Positions 56,111-64,000 of a stretch of 64,000 nucleotides of DNA are shown here, one piece after another (position 1 is the first letter of the stretch; each line of letters opens with the position of its first letter). The position numbers and the translations under genes are program-made. The stretch spans positions 3,512,167-3,576,166 of the forward strand of contig MU054001.1 of assembly GCA_013239625.1 (NCBI GenBank), read 5' to 3'. Origin of the DNA: Lama guanicoe. Its lineage: Eukaryota. The notes under the pieces are model-generated. The model was not told the DNA's origin, ran no database searches, and worked only from the letters and a program-made list of their open reading frames with translations.

Positions 56111-58384
56111 GAGTACAGCAGAAGCTGTAGAGCCCACAGTGTTCCCCAGGCTGACCACTGTAGTGCATGCAGGCCCACTGCCCAAGGACAGTGTGCCACC
56201 CAGGTCTGAAAACACTAAAGGTTTGTCTTGGTGATTAGTTGCATTTTCAACTTTTAGAATATGTGTCATAATGTTCTTTTAATGATGGATGGACTCATTT
56301 CATTATCCACCTTCCCAAAAAATTAGCATTCCATCCCCTGCTGGGAGTGGTCCCTGGTAGGGAGTTGGTGGGAGAGGGAAGCTAGGGGTCTGACAGATTC
56401 TAGTTCAGTCTTTCCATTAACTCTACTGGCTTTAGCCCTACCTGAACCCCTACCTTTCCCAGAGCCTTTCCAGGGCACTGCTTCTCAGAACAGCTTATCT
56501 CTTTGCTTCTTTACTCTTAGATCTAGATGTCAGTTCATCTTGATCCATTTCCTCACTAGTCTCCAAAATTTGGCTGATATCTGTCATTTGTCATCTTCCT
56601 CTTCTGTTCTTTTTTTGGTCCTGTCGGTTTATGCCTTTTTGGTTTTTATCCCTTAACTGTCATTGTATTCGGGTTTCAGCAACGAGCAGAGTAAAGCATT
56701 TGTGTTTAATCCACCATGAATTCCTGTTGTGCTTATTTTTACAGTCATAACCTATTTATGGCATGCAATATCGATTTTCCAGTTTGGGCAGTGACAAAAC
56801 GTTTTCTTTGAAAATAAATATGTTCTTTTTTTTCTATGAAAGTGAGCCAATTTAAAGAAAAAAATTAAACAAATAAAATGTAGCACATGGCTAAACTCAG
56901 GATGGTAAAATGAAAATGCCATAAATTTGAGATTTACTGAATCACAATGTAATATTCTCTTACTGTGGCAGATAAGACAGTTATCTCTGGGGATTTTGTC
57001 TGCGACATCCCAGGGATGGACACTGAAACTGATGCTGAAGTGCTCACCAAATTCATTATCAGAGATGGTGTCACAGTCCCATAAGTCAAGTTTGGACTAG
57101 GTCTGGGAATGTGGAACCCTTAAAAATTTCCCCAAGACTAACCTCAGGATGGGCCCATGGGGAAGGGAGCTGGAGTTGGGAACACAGCTGAAGTGGGAGA
57201 AGGTGGCTTCTGGCCACTCATGAGGGTCATTCCCTGGTCATCTGGCCCCAGAGTCAATATGATCCCTGCCCCGGTGGGATCCATTCACTGGGAAAAGGAG
57301 AACTGTGTCCAGAGCCCTGCTAGCAGTGGTCCTCAGACACATTCAAGGATCACAGGGTGGACTCGCAAACTCTTGAGGTTGGCATAGAGACTATTAAGGG
57401 TGGATCTGATATTTCTTTTCATACCCGCCCTGACCCCTACTGGCTCCAGGCAGCCCACCAGTGATGATGAAAGATGCTCATGGACTGTGCAACTCCCAAG
57501 AGCCCTTCACACTTCACTTGTACTTTCATCTCAGGGACGCCGGGCAGCACAAGCTACCTTTCCTCTCAGAGAAGCTCACCATGTCGGAGGGGGCTGGTCT
57601 CCCCACTTCTGTACTTCAGGAGGGTGGATACGGGGGGCTTCATCTCCACCTGCGTGGAGCAGACGCCCAGACATGGAGAGCTGGCTGGGGATGTGCGCGT
57701 GCTGTTTGGGCTCGTGGTGGTGCGATTAAGGGGCATTGATTAGTCTCCGCCTCTAGTGAAAGGAAATCATTCCAGCAGCTGCTGAGGTGCTGGCTGCTGA
57801 TTGCCTGGGGGTTATTTGTGTATTTAAGTGAACGAAGTAATGGGCAGTGGAGATGTCTGGAAATTGCCTCGGTTTGTTCCCTTTTTGCTTACCTGTCCCT
57901 CCTGGGTACCATTATTCTCCAGTACCTACTGCGAGGGTGATTTCACCCATCTGTCTCTGTTGGGTTAAATCAATTGGCTCACAGGCTGGTGATGGGAGTG
58001 GCGGCAGCAGGAGGGATTCTGATCTTTAGGCACAAGCTGGGGAGCTAGGGAGGAAGCCTGATCCTTCCCGGGACCCAGGTTCTACCTTAAAGGTGTGCAA
58101 TTGTCAAAGCAGAGAAAATTCTAGCTTGAAGGGAGCTTAGAGCCTTGTTGTGGAATCAAGAAACTAAATGGATGGGGCTTTGTGTGAACTTGATTCCAAA
58201 GTAACAGCTTCATTGTTACCTGCTTCATATGTTGAGTTTCCAAGAGAGATCTGTTAGATAAAATTATTATAAATAATTTAAAAACCAATGGCCTGACCCA
58301 ACCTGCTCATTGTACAGATGGAATGACTGAGGTGCTAAGAGATGGATATTGTACCTTCAGCTTGGGTTTTGGTTTAGACAGAAG

Positions 58385-58968
58385 TAGTGGCTGATTGTTA
58401 TTTTCCAAAAATGTCCATGGTAATATTTCAGCTCCCGTATGGTCTTTCCAAATTTTGCCTGAAGTGGAGTCTATTTCCCCTTCCATTGGGTCTGGGCACG
58501 CCTTTGACTGCTTCATGAACAGAATGTGCTAGAAGTGATGCTCCCTGAGCTCTGAGGCTCCGTCATAAGAGACAAATGGCTTCCTCCTGGCTCCATTGCT
58601 GTTCTTCTCCATCGCTTTGGACACATGCCTTTGGAGCCTTGAGCTGCCGTGTAAGAAGTCTGGCTATCCTTAAGCCACCTTGCAGGAGAGACTTCAAGGA
58701 AAGAGCACCTCGAATAATACTCTGGGGCTGCAGATTTCCCAGCCCCCAGTTGGACAAGCCCAGGTACCAGACAAAGAAGATGCCAGCAAGATGGTTCCAG
58801 CTGCAGCCACAGTTTGACTGCAACGTGTGCTCACCCACCCCTCAAGCAAAAAAATGCCTAGTTGAGCCCATAAACACCCAGAACTGGGAGAAATAATAAT
58901 ACCTCCCTGCCATTGCTTTCAGCACTATTTGGTGATGGTTTGTTATGCAGGAATAGATAACCAGAGTG
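58385..58968 (+). mobile_element. MaLR LTR (MLT1F/G/H-like)
   Basis: gaagtggagtctatttcccct...aacagaatgtgctagaagtgatgct...ggagccttgagctgccgtgtaagaagtctggcta...tttgttatgcaggaatagataacc. Confidence 0.8.
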
Positions 58969-59622
58969 GGGAGATCAGACATCTTCAAGGATCTAGCGTC
59001 TTCCCTAATCCCCACTTTCTCCTTTTACGTCTAAGAGATGTGTCCTATAGAGCTCAGCCTGGAGCCTGAATGAATTCCTTCTATGCTTCTATTCGCTCCA
59101 CAGGAAAAGATCCTAGCTGGACTTGATGGCGTTTTCTTTGTCACTGTATGTCAATAGAGCGTATGAACGCTGGCTAGAGACTGGCTTACTTTTCATGCTG
59201 TAAACTTTTTTTCTGAAGATCTATTTAATTTGTTTGATAGACACTTACTGATTCCTTGTTATCAGCTTGTCTGAGCTGCTCACCCCAGGAATGGAAAGGT
59301 GGATGGAGTTTAAGCCCTGCCTTCAAGGGAGTTTCAATCTTCTGGGGGGAGAAGGAGATCATGACAACTATCTTCAGGAGATGAAGAGATGCAACAATGT
59401 TGCTAAATAGAAATGCAAGGGAGGTGATGGGCAAACCCAGAGTGAAAGGGTTTGGAAGGGCTAGGTCGGAGGTTGCTGGCAGAGCACATGAGAAAAGGGC
59501 ATGCCAGACAGAGAGAAAGCCTGAATACGGCCAGGTGTGGAGTTGTGTTTGGGGGGATTAGGGAAAAATTATGGAGAGGATTTGAAAAGGACAGGTGAGA
59601 TTAGTGGGAAAGAGAAAAGGAC

Positions 59623-59642
59623 CACACACACACACATACACA

Positions 59643-59678
<36 letters not shown>
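59623..59678. repeat. Imperfect (CA)n microsatellite
   Basis: Read directly. Confidence 0.9.
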
Positions 59679-59681
<3 letters not shown>

Positions 59682-59814
59682 CCAGGAAGGAGTGTACTTA
59701 CTACATCAAAATTCAGCATTTCACTTTGCTGAAGGTCTCAAAAGACAGTCAACAGGGGGTGAACAGGTTGGGAGGGAAAAATGACTAGGCGATCCGCGAT
59801 GGTCACTGTGCCCA

Positions 59815-60340
59815 TGGAGAGATGCTCAACCTCATTATCAGCAAGAACAGTCAAACAAATAGCTAATGTTTTATACCCATCAGATTGGTTTTTTAAAAAG
59901 TTAACTAATACCAAGTATTGGTGATGATGTGGGCATATCGGGCTTCTCGTGAACTGCTGGTGGCAGATGAACTAACACAGCCCCTCTGGGGAGGACTCTG
60001 GGAGCACTTATGAAACTGCACATGTGGAAACCTGGAGATCTTGTCATCTCAGCCCTGGTCTCAGCCCCCAGAGACGCTCTTCCGCAGGGCCAGGTGAACA
60101 AGGATATTCTTTACAGTACAGCTTTTGAGGCAGGGAGTTGGAGGTAACTAAGTTATCCATCACCAGAGCAATTGCCAGATAAAATGTGGATACAGGTGGA
60201 ATACAAGGCAGTGTTTAGAAGCAGAATAGGTCCGTCTTAAAGACAGGGAGTTTAGTGGAAGAAGTCGGTCACAGAAAGGTTCCATAGCACGATACCGTTT
60301 CTATTCATTTAGACTACAGACAAACAAAACAGCACTATGT
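59815..60340 (+). mobile_element. Ancient L1 (L1ME-like) ORF2 end / 3' UTR fragment
   Basis: agatgctcaacctcatt...catcagattgg...ataccaagtattggtgatgatgtggg...actgctggtgg. Confidence 0.6.
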
Positions 60341-61399
60341 ATTTTACAGGGACACATATAAGAAAGAATATAGACATCAAACATATGAGTAGGGGGAGGC
60401 AAGGGATGAGTAAGGTGATTAGAGATTCAAAAATTCAATAAAACAAAACAGACTGGAGTAAGCTATGTCCATTCTTTGTATCTGAAGTCAGAAAAAAAGC
60501 ACAATAAGAAAACAATAAAATCAGCACCTGGCAATAAAAGTAAGGAGTCAATAAATGTCATTTGAATGATTGAAGGCATCTGGCAGTGGACTGATAACTT
60601 CAGGTTCACTGTCTTTTTAGGGACCTACACAGTCACAGGCAGTAGGTAGAACCTGTGCTCAGCAGACGAAGGTGAGCTGAGTGTACATTTGGAGGCTTCC
60701 GGATGTTTGCAAAACATTTGGGAAAGGTTTCTCTCCGGTCTGGTTAGAATGGCTTGGTGCCTCTAGGGGGAAGCAACCATTATCTGAAAAATTCACTTCT
60801 GTGAAACTGCTCCTCCCCTGACAGGGGTGGATAAATGAGGCATTCCTGTAATTGTATGCAAATCGTGCTTCTAAAGTGCTTGAAAAGTTTGGTGTCTTGA
60901 GTAGGCTAAATGTCACCCCTAGCAAGTTTCTTCACCCTCTTAATTTGCTTAGTAAATCTCTTTTTTTCAGAGTGGGAATTACAGTAAAAGCGGTTTATCT
61001 CTTTGGCATTCTGTCGACCAGCCCTGGGGTGCAGGACCAGTGAAATGATAATGGATGCTACTGGTGGTGACCCCCTCCCCCATGCTGCTGGCTTCTGAGT
61101 CATCTGAGAAAGTTGAAATTAATTTCTGCAGTTTTAGCATTAAGTAGATGTACCATAAACCAAGCCTTTGAACATTTTGTGGGGGGGGAGGAGCTCGCAC
61201 ATGCGTTCGGAAGGGGTACTTTGAGATTCTACTCAATCGAGGATTTGATTTGCCAAAAGACCCATCCCCTTCCTTTGGGATCACAAGAGGTTCTGAAATT
61301 AGGACGTTCTGGTTAATGTAGGTTCCCAAAGTCGTATTTTCTAGGGATGAAAATTGAGGAAGAATGCCCTTGCTTTCTGTCACAGCTCCGGCACCTCGT

Positions 61400-61879
61400 G
61401 GTGGATTAACAATGGCGACAGATTCTTTCCATTCTCCCTTTTGAGAAGAGGAGTCTACTTCCCTGACCCTTGAAGGAGGGCTGCCTCTGACTGCTTTAAC
61501 CCTGAGCTGGGACAGAAGTGACAAGGTGGAGTTCCAGCTCTAGATTTAAGACTGCTGGTGGCTTCCACTGGAGTTCTCTTGTAACACTCATGCTTGGGAT
61601 CTGACCACCATGTGAGGAAGCCCAAGCTGACCCATGGAGAGACAGCATGGAGAGAGACAGAAGTCCTAGCCTTCCAGCTGTCTTTACCCAGGTGCCAGGC
61701 ATGGGATGGAAGCTGTCTTAGATTCTGCAGCCTCAGCCACCATCTGACTGCATCTATGTGGGAGGTCTCAAGTGACAACAGCAGAATAGTAATGATAATG
61801 ATGATAATAGGTTGTTGTTATTGTTTTAAGTCACTAAATGTTGCTGTGATTTGTTAGATCACAATAGATAACTGAAACA
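61400..61879 (+). mobile_element. MaLR LTR (MLT1-type)
   Basis: caccatgtgaggaagcccaagct...ccacatctgactgca...ttgttttaagtcactaaat...aatagataactgaaaca end. Confidence 0.7.
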
Positions 61880-61969
61880 ATCTTTGTTTATTTAACTGAG
61901 AAATTATCAAAATAATTTTATTAATTCACTTAAACATAGCAGTAACTCTAAGTAATATTTCTGTTATTT

Positions 61970-62250
61970 TTTTTAGTAGTTTTTAATATTATCACGGTCA
62001 AATATACATAACATAAAATGTATCATGTAACCATCTTGAAGCATACATTTAGGGCCATTAAGTACATTCACAATTTTGTACCACCATCAGCACCATCCAC
62101 CTCCAGAACTTCTTCATCATCCCAAACTGAAACTCTATATCCATTAAACAATAACTGCTCATTTCCACCCCCTAGCCCTTTGCAACAACCATCCTACTTT
62201 CTGTCTCTATGAACTTGACTATACTCTAAGTACATCATATAAGTGGAATA
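61970..62250 (-). mobile_element. L1MB-like 3' UTR fragment
   Basis: cattaagtacattcacaatt...caccatccacctccagaact...ccaaactgaaactcta...ctttctgtctctatgaa...atataagtggaat. Confidence 0.8.
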
Positions 62251-62296
62251 AACCTTGTGGTTTTAAACTTTATGTTTTGTAGAACTTCTTACCTGC

Positions 62297-62805
62297 TGTG
62301 ATGGTGAATTTTATGTTTCAACTTGGCTGGCCAGAGGGTACCCATATAGTTGGTCAAACATTATTCTGGGTGTTTCTGTGAGGGTATTTTGGGTGAGATT
62401 AATGTTGAAGTCAGTAGACTGAGTAAAGCAGATTGCTCTCCCTAGTATGGGTGGGCCTCATCTAATCAGTGGAAGGCCTGAAGAGAACAAAAGGCTGACC
62501 TTCACCTAGTAAGAAAGAATTCTCCCTCCTGATGACTTTCACAATAATGAGCATTGGCTTCTCCTGCCTCATGGTTTTTGAAATGAGACATCAGGTCTTC
62601 CTAGTTCTCCAGCAGCTTCCAGCCCCTGAGACAATAGCCCTGCAGATTTTAGACTTGTCAGCCTTCATAACTGTGTGTGAGCCAATTCCTTATAATAAAT
62701 CCATGTGTGTGTGTGTGGGTGGGAGGTTGGGTGGGTGGGTGTGTGCATGTCTGTGTACATATATCTCCTATTAGTTCTGTTTCTCTGGAGAATCCTGATG
62801 AATCA
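62297..62805 (+). mobile_element. ERVL LTR (MLT2B-like), near full length
   Basis: tgtgatggtgaattttatgtttcaacttggctgg...agactgagtaaagcagattgctctcc...gagccaattccttataataaa...ttctgtttctctggagaatcctga. Confidence 0.85.
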
Positions 62806-63499
62806 CCCACACTGGCCAGGACTGAGATTTTTCCTGCAATATAGACAACTCAGAAACTAAGCTGAGTCTCATGTCTCTAGCTAATGCTTGTGACTGTAAT
62901 TCACTTATGCCATGTACAGACACAGATGTCTCTCAGGGGCTTCCTTGGTGAGAAAAGTAGAAGCTATGTTTTTTAGCAGGTGCCTAAGGAAAGACTATGG
63001 GTTTTGTCCTATGTCTTTGCAGTAGTTCCCGCTGAAACATGCATCTCCCAGTAATGGCTCACAGATATTCCTTGTTCCCTCCTTCCTGTTGTCCATTAAA
63101 TAGGATTAGAAATGGAGAAAATTAGAGCAAGGGTGGGCAGCCAAAAATCAGGTATGGACTCATGAGATTCAGGTTTAAAGTCACTACATCTATCTGATAG
63201 TGGTAACAGCTTTGTGCTTTGTAGGCAAGGAAGGAACCATGAGGAGGGAACAGAGCCAGTAGGGCTATATCCACCATTCCTACCCTTCAAAGAAGTGGAA
63301 AATGCTGCTGGCTGGAATACACTGAAATAGTTTATCTTCATATCTGCCCACGGGTAATGTTTTCTCCCTGCCTGCATTCATTCTTGGTAAAGTTCTACTT
63401 TGCAATAGAGAAGTGTGGTCAGCAAGTGCAGTCACCTCCACACTATTTTTACTGTGGCTCTTCCTTGTGCTTTTCTCAAATGGTCTTATATGTGTTTAT

Positions 63500-63769
63500 C
63501 TCTGTATCAGTAAGGCTCACTCCAGAAAGGCAGAATCCAGCCTGAATATTCCACAAAGAAGGAATTTAATATAGGGGATTGGTTACAGAGCTCAGAGAAG
63601 AGCTGAAAAGCCAGAAGGGACCGTGGGCCAATCAGAGATTAAAAATTGCAGGAATCCACTACGTTCTCTAGGTGGGAGGGTCCGAGGCAGGAGGCTAGAG
63701 TCCAAGGTAAAAGCTGTCAGATGGGATCTAGAACTACAGAGGAGAATGAGCCCCTGTCCAGGGCACCTC
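63500..63769. mobile_element. Old ERVL-class LTR fragment
   Basis: tgtatcagtaagg...aaggaatttaatataggggattggttaca resembles ERVL/MaLR LTR ends. Confidence 0.5.
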
Positions 63770-64000
63770 TGAGACAAGAGAGAAGGGAGCAAGTCACAAC
63801 CATTATAAGAATGACACAGCAATTGAGGATAGGTCATAAACTCGTTAGAACCAACCAGACCCAAGACAGCAAAAGATTCAACTTCTGGTAGCCCTTGAGC
63901 CTCATTATATGCCCGTTGTAATACATCAGCTGCTAAATGACACACCCACAGGGGCCATGACAGTTCCCAGGCTGACCATTAAAGGCCAAAAAGTGGGTGG
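63770..64000 (+). mobile_element. ERV LTR of the same family as 43960-44539, truncated by the window end
   Basis: Shared blocks: cacaaccat, tgacacagc, cgttagaaccaa, ccttgagcctca, cacacccacagg.gcca.g.cagttccc..gctgaccat.aaagg.caaaaagtggg. Confidence 0.8.

Noticed and set aside
57745..57762. CTCF-like motif (reverse complement TCACTAGAGGCGG)
   Set aside because: One base short in the G-rich core relative to the consensus; too weak without data.
43960..64000. Full provirus bounded by the two related LTRs
   Set aside because: Spacing is ~20 kb, the interval is filled with older L2/MIR/MLT repeats, no gag/pol/env ORFs are present, and the LTRs differ by indels.

Overview
Mammalian genomic DNA, most likely camelid (inferred from a tRNA-Ala-derived SINE and cetartiodactyl-type L1 3' ends). 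It contains the complete SALL1 (spalt-like 1) zinc-finger gene on the + strand. The three coding exons are 513-588, 9718-13148 and 14296-14736, joined by canonical GT-AG introns, and give a predicted 1315-aa protein. The gene has a CpG-island promoter and an AU-rich 3' UTR of about 1.2 kb. The remaining ~48 kb is gene-poor downstream flank holding a 3' CpG island, a second CpG-rich block around a 133-N assembly gap (36.1-37.4 kb), several motif-dense candidate enhancers, and many old repeats (L1, L2, MIR, MLT1/MLT2, MER5/MER20, ERV LTRs). I see no second protein-coding gene and no clearly new biological system. The best leads are regulatory: an out-of-frame overlapping uORF that could shift translation to an N-truncated Met98 isoform, a dyad-symmetric AT-rich promoter element, and PBX/SIX/HNF1/MEF2/CTCF motif clusters downstream. 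Repeat family names and boundaries were assigned by eye and are approximate.
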